NCBI GenBank assembly: GCA_951406725.2 | Contig: OX597817.1 | Span: forward strand, 41,230,001-41,294,000 | Direction: 5' to 3' | From: Octopus vulgaris | Taxonomy: Eukaryota | Length of the DNA: 64,000 nt | Part shown: in pieces, positions 14,656-29,160 of the stretch | Position numbering within the stretch: the stretch's first letter is position 1 | Layout: each line of letters starts with the position of its first letter | Program-made: the position numbers and the translations under genes | The notes under the pieces: generated by a model | Seen by the model: the letters and a program-made list of their open reading frames with translations, nothing else | Database searches by the model: none | Told to the model about the DNA's origin: nothing

Positions 14656-14917
14656 ACTCACATGCCAGTGGTTGACCTATGGCCATTGAAGAAGGAATTT
14701 GCCTAAGATGTCACACATTGAGATCAAACCCTTAACCTTGTCACTAAGAAGAGAACTAATGTCTTAACCATTTGCAACAAATACCCTGTAGCAAACAGCA
14801 GAGAAAACCTTTCTGGGTTGACCACCTTACTCTTTGAGGAAGATTTGGCTTGCTGCTCTATCAAACATGTTGAACAACCACATAGTAGCTCCATAAATGT
14901 CTAATTATAATTACAAT

Positions 14918-15272
14918 TGGATTGGACTGGGTTGTTCATGTTCAGTCCAGTGCAGAACAAGGATCTCAGCATATTCTCTCCACCAGAGAATGGCTTGGGG
15001 GTCATACTGGTTTGATGAACCTATTTTGCAACACTGGCTTAGCATGGCTTGACAGAGGAATACAACTTCCTTTAGTTTTTCTGTATTCATACCCAGGGGT
15101 AGTTAAATCGATTACACTGAACCCAATGCTCAACTGGTACTTATTTCATAGACTCTGAAAGGATGAAAAGCAAAGTCGTCCTTACAGAATTTGATCTCAG
15201 AACATAAAGACAGACGAAATAACACAAAGTATTTCGCCCAGCATGCTTACGATTCTGCCATCTCACCATCTT
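14918..15272 (-). mobile_element. SINE family B with the alternative 3' body
   Basis: The head is at 15100-15272 and the body is shared with 32105-32300. Confidence 0.7.
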
Positions 15273-15727
15273 CAATTAGTAATTATAAAAAGTGTTGATT
15301 ATATATACTTTTTAAATAATGATTTTGTTGATACATAAACAACCTGTTTGGCTTTTTATTATTATTATTATTATAATCAACCTACTTGCAACCATCCTAA
15401 CATGAATGATATGAAGTTTCAGGTGAAACCGATGCCAACATAATATATGCCAATAAGTAAAGTTGTAGACATTTTATTAAATCTCTTTGAAATCTTGATT
15501 ATATTGAAAATTGATTGGAACACATTGGCAACCTACTCTGAATGAATATAGTCAGGAGAAGGTTAAAACAAACTATACATATATCATGCTTTACTAGACC
15601 TTTATCCTGGCAGGAGCCAAAAGGGCTGAGTGAAAGCTTACATTATACTAAAAGAAATATAATCTAAATTTCTCGCTATCTTATAATTGTTTTCTTACAT
15701 TTTGAGGTGTTAAAAATATATTCATAA

Positions 15728-16102
15728 GGTACTGGTGTGGCTGTGTAGTAAGAAGTTTGTTTCTAAATCATATGTTCTGGGATTCAGTCCCACTGAGTGG
15801 CACCTTGGGCAAGTGTCTTCTACTACAGCTTTGGATTCACCAAAGCCTTGTGAGTGCATCTGGCAGACAGAATCTGAAAGAAACCCACTGTATATCCGTG
15901 TGTGTGTGTGTGTCTCCCACCACCACTTGACAACTGATGTTGGTATTACATATTCCTGTAACTTAGCAGTTTGGCAAAAGTGATCAATAGAATAAATACT
16001 AAGCTTTAAAAAAAAATAAGTACTGGAGTCAATGCCCTGAACTAAAATTCTTCAAGGCAGTGTTCCAGTATGGAACAACCTAAATGACAGAAACAAGTAA
16101 AA
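15728..16102 (+). mobile_element. SINE family A
   Basis: Colinear with 4659-5061 but more diverged. Confidence 0.8.
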
Positions 16103-17928
16103 ATATAACATTCTTTTGATACCAACCCACTTGAGACTGCTCCTTGATTTATAAAACTAAACCTTCTTTTTTAATATCTTCATGTTTAAACCATAATTTT
16201 GTGCTAGTTATATTCCGAACACCAGCTTATAGATACAAAAACTTAAGAAAATGATGGGATAGTCGTAACATTTGATCTTCGGATTGCTGGATAAGAGCTG
16301 ACCTGGGGTTAAATAACAACCCACCATTTACCAATTCACTGACTCTCTTTATTCAAATTATTGAAAAGAAACAGATTTATCCAGAAGTCCACTGATATCT
16401 TATGTAAGAAGCCTACCCCATAAAAATGTTATTTTCTTAGTGATAATGAAATAGGATTTGTAAAGAAAGCATTTGCAGCATATAAGGAAACTACATTCCT
16501 TTTCTCTTTACGAAATACATTTTCTAAAATATATTTTGAAATGTAATAAATTATTGTTAAAATGAAAACGGACAAAGCAAGGGTTTCACATAAATTCAAT
16601 GAGAATAACAGAAATTCTATTTCATTATATGATTACAACTTTGTACAGGCAACTGGTTTTAAAAAGAAAATTTCATATTTTAAATAAGAGCACAAAAGCT
16701 TACACACTACATTATTTTGGGCAAGATTTATTTCAACAATAATAATAACAACAACAATAACCACTACACTACCACCAAAACTATCCTTTCAACTAATTTC
16801 TTCTATCTTAACAGATTTAATATATGAGATTTACTCCACTGACAAAATGAAACTGATTAGCAGAAGCCAAAAATGTAAAGCCAAGTAATAAACTGATAGA
16901 GAGAACTGAGAAATTGTACAGTGTAAGATTGAAGAAGGTGTAACTAGATAGACAGTGAGATCAATAACACAGATATTGAGCTTATTGTAGGTTTTGGCTT
17001 TGCTGTTCACTGTAGCAAGATGTGTCAGTTCAGTTAATCCAATGACTACAGTCGAACTAAGTCTTCACTGCAATAACAAACATTTTTAAAGCTATTTTGG
17101 ACAAAGCTTACATTAACTTAATTTTGACCGATAGTTTGCTATACAAAGCACACTAGGAATTGCTCAGAGAACAAAATCAAAGTTATAAAATGAGGAAAAA
17201 GAAATGATAAAGAGAAAATTAGAGAATGAGAGTATAAATAAAAAAAGGAGGTCTTGAATAGCAGCATCATTTGTAAAGAGATGTCAAGTTATTAACTGTT
17301 GAAAGGAAAATTACAGGCAAATATAACGACATTATCTCCAAGACCGGGCATATTTTGACGGCAAATGAAAATTAGATTGAACATGTAATTTTAGCTTCCT
17401 CACTGTAGTATTCATCCTAACATCAGGACACAATTGCTGCACTCCATGCAACTGACTTGAAAGAAGAGTGTAAGTCAATAATACAACAACTGAAATTGAT
17501 ATTATCAAAAACAGAATGTCTTTTTTTTTTCCCCCCAGAAATCAAAACAACCTTCACTTTTAACCTTTTAATAGCGAAATGTCTTTGTATTTTTGCTTAA
17601 CACATTTTTGTTCCGACTGAGATTTCACTGAAACTTCAGCCTAACTTTAACTGTCTTCCCCATTTTCTTTCCTCCTGCATTTTTTGAATCACCAAAATAG
17701 ATTTTAATTTTAATAACTTCCAAACTCTGTCAGCAAGGAAGGGAGTGTTTCTTTTTATGGAAGGCAAACTACTGAAGTAAGAAGGCATAACAGCAGGAAG
17801 AATTAGAAGTGAATGAAGATCTATAGTGAATTGAGAAAAAGAAATTGAGTAAGAAACATCGAATAAAGAATGTTACAATGAGATTATTGGTTGCGGTGAT
17901 GATACTATTATATAAACTACCTTATTAA

Positions 17929-18147
17929 CCCTTTTAGAGCCGATCCACGTGAGACCACCCAACTAAAGAATTTATATTTAAATTTTGATCAAAATCTCAT
18001 AATGTGAAAGATATGAAATTTTGGTTGCACAACACCAATATATAAAGTTATAGATATTTTATTAAATTCCTTCAAAATATTGATTATATATAAAATTAAT
18101 TGAAACACATTGGCAGTTTACTCATTGTAAATATAATGACAAGATGG
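17929..18147. mobile_element. piggyBac-like MITE (diverged copy)
   Basis: Ends are TTAA|CCCTTTT ... ATGG|TTAA, with internal similarity to 61092-61300. Confidence 0.5.
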
Positions 18148-19189
18148 TTAAAACGAATTAAACATTCTTACTGGATGCCAGAATCCATGGAATAACAGAG
18201 ACTGAACTGTGGCAACTCATTACTTCTCTATACATGCTGAGTTCAAATCCTGTCAGCACCGACTGTCCTTCCTCTCTTTCTAGCATCTATATGACAGATT
18301 CAATCAAGTTTAGCTCTTCCCTTATAAAATTTGCAATGGAAAGATATCATCTTCATCTATAAGAGTTGTACATGTTTGAAAAGTGACTTGATCCAAGACT
18401 TTGCATTGCAACTAAAACAATTACATTGCGGAGGAGTTATGATAGCCATTGAAAACACACACACACAGCTGTGGAACTGCATCAGAGACTAGTTTGTAGA
18501 TGTACGATAAAGCATTCTTGATACTTCATAATACACAATATTATCAAGAAATAAAACGAAAATGAACATGTTGTTACTTTATAAATTTATATTCTTGTCA
18601 ATTTGACTTTAGATAAAGAAGATAACATATTCTAGTTGCATTAAGCTTTTACTTCTTTCATGATCTGATAAGACAGGTACAATATATATATGTGTGACAG
18701 TCAAGATGCTATCTGAGTAGGGCTGAAGTAAGTAGGTTATAAGCGATAGGGTACTTTTGATGTAAATTACTGTGCGAAAATAAAGTCGTCCAAGAATCCA
18801 AAAACTAATTACAAAATGATTCTCATGATAGACTTAGACGGTGTACTGGCAACGAGGTTATTTGAGGAAACATTTTTATTGCCATTGGCAGCAAAAAAAG
18901 AAAAAAAATGAAAAGATAGATTTATAAAGTGAAAGTACTGATAAGTAGGAGATAATTTCAAATTTAGCTGTAGATATTGTGTAGTGTTCTAAGGCAAAAG
19001 TCATTATTTCACCTGTTTCTCACTACTAATTAAAGAAATAGATACTAATTTTATTTTAAAGGTGAGTAGGTAATGAAATAATTACAAAAAAGAAATAAAG
19101 TCTTCAAGAATGGATACAAAAGACTGAAGTTAAGTCAGTACATCTTTAACCCATGTAAAATTGGTGGAAAAGCTGAGGAAACTTGGAAA

Positions 19190-19530
19190 AAGAGAAAAGT
19201 CATTGGATTGTGGCCATGCTGGGGCACTATCTTGAAGGATTTATGGGAACAAATCAATCCCAGTGCTTATTTTTTAAAGTGTGCTACTTATTCCTGGTAA
19301 ATTACAAGAATGTAAACAAACCAACAGCAGTTGGTGTTGGGGACAAGCAAAAACACATATATGCACATACTCATATACATAACAAGCTTTCACACAGTTT
19401 CCACCTACCAGATCCGCTCATAAGATTGACCTGGATCTATAGTAGAAGACACTAGCCCAAGATGCGGTGCAGTGGGACTGAACCTAAAATTACATGGCTG
19501 CAAAGCAAGCTTGTTAACCACACAGCCATT
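19190..19530 (-). mobile_element. SINE family A (diverged)
   Basis: Reverse complement of the family A head and tail. Confidence 0.7.
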
Positions 19531-19920
19531 GCATGTACCTATAAGCATCAACTTTTCCATATTGGCATGAGTTGTGCCGCTGTCTCACCTGTGCCAACTA
19601 TTTTTGTAATCATCTCCGTATAACAATTAAACCTACATATATATTTTATCCATGATAAGAATTTCGGTTTCATTGAAAATATTCTCCAGGCTTTTGCAAG
19701 TCTAAATAAATACTCTTCATTTCAAGCTGATATTACAACTTACATTTCAAGGTTTCTATTCACAGCTACATACTAGTTTCCTAAAATGGATTAATAAAAA
19801 TAGGAGGTCATGAATATATATATATATCTTCATTTTTTTTGTATTTGCTTTGCAAGATTCTTGATGTGAATTTGTGTGTTGAAACAAATTTTGTTGTGTC
19901 TGGGGAGAGTCATTATACCA

Positions 19921-20106
19921 AGGCTTATTTCCACTTCATTATTGTGAGTCAGTTGGTTATATATCTAACCAACCAACCAACTAATCGATTGATTGTTTAA
20001 TGTGCTGGTTTTGAATGTTGAACCAACACATTAAACAAACAATCAATTAGTCAGTTGGTTGGATGCTTAATCAACTGACAAACAATAAAGAAGTGGAATT
20101 GAACCT
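19921..20106. repeat. Long imperfect palindrome
   Basis: Arms of about 88 bp (ttccacttc..tattg..gtcagttg..tgtttaatgtg and cacattaaaca..caactgac..caata..gaagtggaa) surround a ~10-bp loop. Confidence 0.85.
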
Positions 20107-23100
20107 CTGTGTGTGTGTGTTGTTATTCTTGAGCAAGACACTTCATTTCATGTTGCTCCGGTTCACTTAGTTGTAGAAATGAGTTGTGATGCCACTGGTG
20201 CTAAGCTATATTAGCCTTTGCCTTTCTCTTGGATAACATCAGTGACATGAAGAGGGGAGTCTGGTATGCATGACCGACTGCTAGTCTTCCATAAACAACC
20301 TTGCCTGGACTTCTGCCTCGGCGGGGAACTTTCTAGATGCAATCCTATGGTCATTCATGACCGAAGGGGGTCTATTTAATGACTCTCCCAAGACACAAAA
20401 AAATAATATCTTTATGACAATATAATTACTTTTAAGATGTAAAAAATAAAAAGACTAACATCTCTATCTATCTAATAAGCCTTATTACTCAACTTACAAA
20501 AATTAAACAGTCAATTACCTACATCATTTGTAATTCTAATTATACTATCTGTCTCAGTTGTATTCTAAAACCATTCAATGCCATAGTAAAGATTTCTTTC
20601 AACCAATAACTCAAGAACCTCTCAATTGTCTTTCTAATGTCTCCACATACTGCAGTCTGTCCTATTTTCCCATTCAGCAAGTAATTTCAAAAATTTATGG
20701 TCTTCTATAAAGACATTTTATTTTTTTGATACTCCATCTATCTGTCTGAATGTTTTATTCTAACGTGATTTGATTGTAACTTTTGACACTATTTGAATAT
20801 ATTGTCTTTTCGTTTTATTGATTGGATCCTTGCGAGACAGAGTGGCAGTTTGAGATAAGCTTTATACTGTACTTTACATGAGTAGATGTTGTTTAGCCCA
20901 AGGACTTTTCTGATTCTGTCAACCTGAAAAAAATTTAATGTGGCCCATAGGAAGCACAAAACTAATTTACAACAAATCTGAGAAAAAAACAAAAATGAGT
21001 AAGTGATGACTTGGTATCAGGGGTATTAGCTAATGTTGCTTGTTGTTTAACTCAAAATTAGCCTTGAATGAATGGACAAATCAAATCCATTCCAGCTGTG
21101 ACCATCTTGTCATTTTCTAAGTCAAGCAATACATTAGCAAACACATCCTTACATTTCTAAGACAGTACTGTGTAATTTGAGGAGAATCTGGCAGCAATTT
21201 CTAGCAGTTCAACAAAAGTCACACCAGCTCCCCTTTTAGCTTGATTAGTTAATGGTATTTACATATACATCATCATCATTTAACATCTGTTTTCCATGCT
21301 GGCATGAGTTGAACAGCTTGATAGGAGCTGACCAGCTGAAAGCCTCTTCAGGCTCCATTGCTTGTTTTGGGATGGTTTCTATGGCTGGATGCCCTTCCTA
21401 ACGCCAACCAGTTTACAGGGCGTACTGGGTACTTTTACACAGCACTGACACGTTTTTATTTTTATACACATGTTTTTGTGATAGGAAATTACTTTGAGTA
21501 CAGAAAAGTAAAGGAGAAAAGGGAGAAAAAACAAGAAAAAAAACATAGTAAGATATCAGAGTAAGGGATCAGGAAAAAAGACAATGCAGGGATTTACTGT
21601 ATTATAAACCTGTCCAAAACATGTCAGCATTGGGAAATGGATGTACCTGTATAGTCTTTTATTACTTTTAGTCACTGGGCTGTAGCTGGGGATGGTGGTG
21701 GTGGGGCACAAAGCCTCAATGGTTTGAGTAAATCCTGCTGACTCCTTGCCCTTATTTGTCTGAAACTTATTTCATTGAACTCTACTTATTGAATCACTAT
21801 CCATCCATTTTCTCTACGCACTATTCCTGGAAAGGCTGTATGGGTAGAGTAATCAAGCCCTTCTTCCGTATGGTCCTCTCAGAAGCAATCATCATTACAC
21901 TTTCCATACTGGATTCCCAAGCGCAACCAACTGAGATGATGGATATTATCCAATCATTTTCGTCTTGGTCTGCTTTTAGTTCTTATGCTGGTTGGCTTGG
22001 CTTGAAGAATCCATCTACTTATTGAACCGTTGTATTACATTCAGCTTCTCATAAAAGTGCATAACTTGACATGTCAGCAAGCACACGCATATACAACTTG
22101 ATCCTATACAAACCTGTCTTCCAGGTGTCACTCAGAAGGTAGATATTTGCCCAAGGCACTGTACAGCAGAATCAAACCAGAACCATGTACTTAGGAAATA
22201 AATTCTCTTGCTCTCTCTTTCTTTCTTTCTCTCTCTCTCTCTCTCTCTCTCTCACACCCACACACACATTCTCACAGTGTAAGAAAATATAACAGCCAAA
22301 GTGTAGCCATTTGAAAGAATATGTAGTCAAGAGTTTGACCAGTGCTAGCTGCTGACAACTTAGAGAGCTTCTGTCAACAATACAGCTGCATAGAAATGTA
22401 AGATTTGCTGATATGGAGGACGTAACAGAATCAAAATCCGAGAAATGGAGATGGAAGCCGGGCAAATGGCAGGAGAAGAAGATTCAAAGAATTTAATCAT
22501 TTGGTTATTTAACGCAAACATACGAAGAGAATTAGAGTAACTTTGCATGAATCAAACGACAGGAAATTAAAAGGACCTGGTATTTTGTTTGCGAGATAAA
22601 GAATATTGAGGTAGAACAGATAATAACGAATGAATAAGCAGAAATAGCGGCAGATTAATTAAAATAGATGGAAGAAAATTATGAAATAGATGAGCTGTGA
22701 GACATGAAATGATATGCAGTAACAAAAATCTTTTAAATAAATGTCTGTGTGCATGTATGTCATTAGCATGCATGCATGTGTGTGTATATGTATGTATAAT
22801 TATGTATGTGTAATGTATGTATGTATATTTATGCGCATATGTATATATGTGGGTGTGTATACATGTTTGTATATTTATGCACATATGTATATATATATGT
22901 GTGTATGTGTGAGTGAATATGTATTTATATATATATATATGTATATATGTGTGTACGTGTATATACATTTTTACGAATGTATGTATGTATATTTACATAC
23001 ATGTGTGGTGTGTATATATATATGTGTGTGTGTATGTACATATATGTATGTATGCATGTATGTATGTGTGTGTGTGTATATGTATGTATATATATATTTA

Positions 23101-23537
23101 TGATTAAAATTATTTTACATAACTACGCTCATATAAAAGGTGGATTTTTGAAAAGTTTGTTTTATGAGAGAGAGAGAAAACTTATGAATATCAACAAAAC
23201 AAAAAGTATCTAACAACCACAACAACAAAATAGATAGAGAATTTAATGCCCAATAATAATGTAAGTGCACTAAATATGACCACCATATTACATTTTTTAT
23301 TGCTTCCTGTAGTTTGAAATAAGATTGGTTTGAAAAAAATTGAAAAGATAAGAGTATATTTGAAAGCAGTTATATTTATTGAAATCTTATTCTCTCTGTA
23401 TGCCACACACACACACACAAACATACATAAGTGCTCAAAAATATATATATGTATATATCACTATATCTCTCATTATATACAACGCATTCAATCTCTTCTC
23501 TTCTTATGTATCCTTATATGTATGTGTGTGTGTATAT

Positions 23538-24150
23538 AGGTGCAGGTGTGGCTGTGTGGTAAAAAACTTGTTTACTGATCACATGGTCCTGGGTTGAGTT
23601 CCACTGTGTGACACCTTGGGCTGACCAAAGCCTTGTGAGTGGTTTGAACAGGCAGAAACTCAAAGAGTCTGTTGTATATATAGGTTAAAGGATAAAGACC
23701 CTTTCTGAGTCATATCAACTCATAGGGCTGGTTTCCTAGTTTCCGTGATATATATATATTCCCCATCTGGATGGGATGTCTGTTCATCACAGGATTATTC
23801 CTTTTTGTCAGCCAAGTGGACTGGAGCAACGTGAAATGAAATGTTTTGTCCAACAACACAACACACCACTCAGTCCAACAATCAATACTTGATGATGATG
23901 ATGATGATATATATTTGTATATGTCTCTTTGTGTCTGTGTTTGTCCCCCCACCCCACCACCACTTGGCAATCAGTGTTTGTGGGTTTATGTCCCCATAAC
24001 AAAGTGGTTTGGCAAAAGAGACTGATAGAATAAGTACCAGGCTTTTAAAAAATAACTACTGGGGTCAATTCTTTTGACTAAAAATTCTTCAAGGGGCTGT
24101 GCTCCAGCATGGCTATGGCTGTAGTCAAATGACTTAAACAAGTAAGAGAT
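23538..24150 (+). mobile_element. SINE family A split by a nested SINE fragment (about 23685-23905)
   Basis: The head is at 23538-23680 and the body resumes at about 23915. Confidence 0.75.
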
Positions 24151-24189
24151 AGAAGATAAATTAGCGGCCATCCTCGACAAACAAAAAAA

Positions 24190-25210
24190 CAAAGAAAGTA
24201 GGATTTCTATAAGGTGTACTCAATGTAAACTTTGGACAAAGAAATGTAATCGGGCCATTGGAAGGCAAATGGCAAAGGAAGATTTTGTAAGTGATAAATT
24301 CACAAGAGTAATTAGCAGTACGAGCAACCATGAGCTAAATTTCTTTCAAATTCTTGGAAAACTCTCAAGAATTAGCTGATGATTGAAGGTAACCAAATTA
24401 GCCATGAAGATGGGTGCTCTGAAAATACAATAATCAGTGTAAAGAATAGGGTGGAAAAATAGTTTAGGTAACTGTGACAAATAGATATGTTTTCTGAGTG
24501 AAAGGTAAACTGCAAAATGTTTGTGTACAAAGTGTAATACTGTGTGGTAGAAAAACATGAATACTGAATGCGGAAGATATGTGAAGTTTGAAAACAAACA
24601 TTACATGCACAGGGAGTGAACTTGCTTCACTGGGATGTGTAATGATGGAGTGCCTGAACTATGGTGCACAAACATATCATCATCATTTAACATCCATCTC
24701 CCATGTTGGCATGAGTTGGACAGCTTGACAAGATCCAGCAAGCTGCAGGGCTGCATCTGGCTTCAATGTCATTTTTGGCATGGTTTCTTTGGATGAATGC
24801 CTTTCCTTTAATGCCAGCCACTTAAGAGTGTATACTCTACAGCAGGCTTTTCTCATGCTGTTAGTGCTGGTGAGATTATGAAGTAACTTGAAAGACAGAA
24901 AAGGGGCAAAAGAGAAAAGAAAAGCCCTGTTGACTGAGATGGGGTGGGAGATATTTGAGATGAAGTGGAAATGGCTTTATGTCAGGTGTAAAGACGTGAG
25001 AGCATGATAGAGGAACAAGAACAGGTCTGGCCATAGAGGAGAAACACAGCTACCCAGCATTTTATAATGGTGGGTGAGAGTAGCTGTGAAGAAGATGATA
25101 TTGGATGAAGAAATACCAAGAAGACTAAATGGAAGACGAAAAAAGACATGGGAAATGATGACAGCAGATACCAAAAGCTAAAGCATAAAATGAAGATGAC
25201 AAATGATGTC
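24190..25210 (+). mobile_element. Highly decayed RTE-like LINE fragments interrupted by a family C copy (24677-24850, minus)
   Basis: Remnant frames CTQCKLW.KKC and VKKMILDEEIPRRLNGRRKKTW are visible, with many stops. Confidence 0.35.
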
Positions 25211-25684
25211 AACAAGTTGGAAGACACTGTGCAGGGGAAACATGCAGTGATTCCAGTAAGGAAAAACTGACATAAAATAATGATAATATAATGTATTTAT
25301 ATACAAAAAAAAAAAAAATCGTAAGGACATATATTTATTTTTTTTATAAGGGCAAGGTTGATAGTGACTTTGAAGTTTTTATTTGCTCACACCTGGTGAT
25401 GACTGATTTAAGCAAGCAGGATGAAACTTCAAAAGTCACTGTCAACTTGTAAAAAGTTAATATGTACTTGACTATAGAGTTGAGTAATCCTTCAGCTTAA
25501 TGTTAAATTGCTTGCTGCTGTCTTATGAAAGTCTCTTTATTGTCATTAAAAGCATGAAATAGGGACTAATAAACAGTCTGACAACTGATGAGGAGTTTTC
25601 TTTTGGCATTTTGTCCTGTACTTTTCTCTCATTGGTGATGTCCTATACACAATGTGTATTTTTCATTATATATATATATATATA

Positions 25685-25985
25685 GGTGCAGGAGTGGCTG
25701 TGTGGTAAGTAGCTTGCTTACCAACCACATGGTCCTGGGTTCAGTCCCACTGTGTGACACCTTGTCTTGTACTATAGCCTTGGGCCGACCAAAGCCTTGT
25801 GAGTGGATTTGGTACACGGAAACTGGAAAAGCCCGTCATATATGTATATGTGTATGTATGTCTGTGTATATGTTTGTGTGTCTGTGTTTGTCCTCCCAAC
25901 ATTGCTTGACAACCGATGCTGGTGTGTTTATGTCCCTGTAACTTAGCAGTTCAGCAAAAAAAAACAAAACGGTAGAATAAGCAGT
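25685..25985 (+). mobile_element. SINE family A (3'-truncated)
   Basis: Colinear with 4659 to about 4960. Confidence 0.85.
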
Positions 25986-26757
25986 AGGGGTTAATGAATG
26001 AGGCAGGTAAAGAATACACACACACACACACATTTATGTATATGCAGTGTGTATAGGCACAAACTCGTACACAGCCACATCTGCTTCAAATTACACTCTG
26101 CAGTCTTATATAAGGACAACACAATAAATACTCTTATAAAGACAAGAAGGACATGGTTGGCATGACTTTAATTATCGGTCTGCTTCAACATGGTTTGCTT
26201 GGGTCACACCAACAACAAAAACATTATCACACACACACAAAGTTATTAACAGCCTTGACTTACAATTGCATTAATGTCTCATAGATGCAAGAGCTAATCT
26301 GTCAATATAAATATCTAAACTACATGACATGTGTTGTGTGCTCTTTTGTTTTGTTTGTAAACCTATCTGTGTGGGTAAGAGTAGTGGACAGGCAAAGTCT
26401 TTAGAGCATTGAAGAAATGTAATTCAAATCCTGCTGAGGTCATCCTAACCTGTCAACCTGCTGGAGGTAATAAAATATGATAAAATAGAATATGACATCA
26501 CAGCTTTGTGGCATCTGTTTGGGCATTTTAACATTTGCCTGTGACAATACTGCAGCTAAGCTATACAGACTTGCTATTCCTTTGGGAAACATTGATGACT
26601 TGAAGAGGGAAAGATCTGCTGCATGGCCAACAGTTGGTCTTGAATTTAAAAAAGTAAAATACTCTGACCCACAAGAGGAACACTCCAGTATGGACACATA
26701 TGAACCTTGAGTAATGAAGGCTTCACACACACACAAACAAAGAGACAGACAGACAGA

Positions 26758-26992
26758 TATATTTCTTTACTACCCACAAGGGGCTAAATACAGAGGGGAC
26801 AAACAAGGACAGACAAACGGATTAAGATGATTACATCGACCCCAGTGCATAACTGGTACTTAATTTATCGATCCCGAAAGGATGAAAGGCAAAGTCGACC
26901 TTGGCGGAATTTGAGGCCAGAACGTAATGGCAGACGAAATACGGCTACGCATTTTACCTGGCGTGCTAACGTTTCTGCCAGCTTGCTGCCTT
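26758..26992 (-). mobile_element. SINE family B
   Basis: The minus strand has a tRNA-like head, the central ctttgcctttcatcctttcgggatcgataaattaagtaccag, and the tail cccttgtgggtagtaaagaaata. Confidence 0.85.
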
Positions 26993-27029
26993 GACAGATA
27001 GATAGATAGATGTATAATTTATATACACA

Positions 27030-27622
27030 AGCAGATGGGTAACGTCAGAGTGCATGCATGACAGAGTGTAAATGATTTAAGCGGAAAACTGGGTACAAGG
27101 GGTATCAGATGTTGTGTCCAAGAGAGAAGACCATGCTGGTTTGGTCACGTGATGTCTATGGATGGGGACAGCTGTGTAAAGAAGTCGCTAGCTCTAATTG
27201 TGGAGGGTACCAGCAGAAGGGGTAGACAAAGGATAAAATGGTGAGAAACGATCTTTGGATGCTGGGCCTCAGTGAGGAAATGACAAAGGGCTGGGAGTTG
27301 TAGTAATTTGATGTACTTGAAAAGATGCGTGAAGCTAAGTAAAATCACAGTCTTCCACACATAAAAGCTTGTCCTTTCAGGAGCCAGTGTCATGTAAAAA
27401 GCACCCATGCCAGTGCTGTGTAAACATAGCCATGCCAGTGGCACGTAAAAAGCACCCAGCACACACTGTTAAGTGGCTGGCATTAGGAACGGCATCCATA
27501 CCATAAAAGACAATTGGAGTCTGGACAATACTCAGAGCTGGCCAGCTTCATGTCAAACTGGCCAACCCATGCCAGCATGGAAAGCAGATGTATGACGATG
27601 ATGATGGTGGTGATGATGATGA
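27030..27622 (+). mobile_element. RTE-clade LINE 3' fragment with 3' UTR and (GAT)n tail
   Basis: The frame ERRPCWFGHVMSMDGDSCVKKSLALIVEGTSRRGRQRIKW matches the RTE motif RLRWFGHV..GKR.RGRP..W. The 3' part is shared with repeat family C. Confidence 0.8.
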
Positions 27623-28035
27623 CAATACCACCCCTGCTACAACCACCAGTTCTAGAGTGTGTTATCTATCTATGTGTGTTATCTATCTATATCTGTAATC
27701 TATCTATATCTGTAATCTATCTATATCTGTAATGTATGCATATACACACAAACAGACCACCTCTGCTACAACCAGAAGCTCTAGAATTTTATCTATATGC
27801 ACTATAAGTATACATAAATACACACAGACATACCAGACTAGTACTACAACCATCAGCTATGAGCATGCATGTATGTATGCATTTGTATATAACCACACTA
27901 ATCTTCACCAGACTTAACACCATCACTACCACCAGTTGTAGGGTATCTATCAAGCCATATATGTAATGTATGTATACATACACGCACACAAACATACCAT
28001 TTCTAATACAACCACCAGTTGTGTGTGTGTGTAAT

Positions 28036-28448
28036 CAGTGCTGGATTAACCATGAAGCAAAATAAGCACGTGCTTAGGGCATCAAAGGAAGTGTGTGTGG
28101 GAGTACTAAAGAAATGGTAAAAGGTTTACAGTACAAAAGAAATCACTTTAAACTTACTAAAATAATATTCAATGTGGTTTATATGATCATAAATATAATT
28201 TCGAAGTATTCATGGTGTCATAGTGGGGATCTGATCAAAGATTTTGCAATTATAACAAAAATAGGAGAAAACTTTTCAAATATAAATAAAGCAGAAAATA
28301 TTCAAAAATAAACATTATTTTCTGTCTTACTCTTAGTTTTGTTTCATTTTGAAAAATACAAATTTATTTTATGGTTTATCATCGTTCATATTCTGAATTA
28401 CATATATATGGGGTCGCAAACATCTTTTCAGTGCTTAATCCGGCCTTG
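28036..28448. mobile_element. hAT-type MITE
   Basis: TIRs are cagtgctggattaa and ttaatccggccttg. There is a perfect 8-bp TSD, tgtgtaat, at 28028-28035 and 28449-28456. Confidence 0.85.
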
Positions 28449-29097
28449 TGTGTAATAATATATGCTTAACAAACATATCACCACATTTGTAGGTTCTTCA
28501 ACAATTATTATAATTCTTAAAAAGCTCTTGTTGCCTGCAGCTCTTTCTGTTTTTTTTTAATACTATGTATTTACAAATTGAGTAAGGATTTAAACAAGTG
28601 TCTAAAAATGACATTCTTCATTTAAAGCTATACGTCATTCACTAACCATAAGAGATTTATTCTAATATTTTGGTTGATAGAGTAACAGAAATGGCAGCAT
28701 GCTAGACAAAACATCTCGCAGTTTCTTATGGCACTTCCTTACATTCTAAGATTGAATTCAGCCAAGGTTAACTTTAATTTCATCTTGCAGATATCTACAG
28801 AATAACAGGAACCAGTCAAGCTCTAGGGTAGATTTAACTGACACTGTCCTTCTTCATAAGTGCTAAGTCAACCCAATTGCAAATAGTATTGCAATAAGAC
28901 TGAATAAGTTTTTCACAACTGAGAAAGAGTGAGCTGAAAGTGTTCCAAGTACCTGGTTGAGGTAACAAGAAACCATTCCAACATGAAGTTTTATAAGTCC
29001 CTCAATGACTCAAACTTTCGTTGAACATTGTAAAGAAAAGAGTCTGGAAGCTAAATTATGCACATGTACCAAGCTCATAGTATTGTGCCAAATTGAG

Positions 29098-29159
<62 letters not shown>

Positions 29160-29160
<1 letters not shown>

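Noticed and set aside
20789-20923. Exon-like segment after a minus-strand acceptor ttttttcag
   Set aside because: The open frame (VDRIRKVLG...) has no KIF13 similarity and runs into a stop. The KIF13 protein is already contiguous across this intron.
25580-25640. Other CTGATGA/CTGAAGA hits (25585, 13171, 46102, 46471, 55794, 62126)
   Set aside because: None has a downstream GAAA with compatible stems, so they are not called hammerheads.
26440-26736. Overlapping 72-aa and 98-aa ORFs
   Set aside because: No recognisable domain or splice support. It may be a very old LINE remnant.
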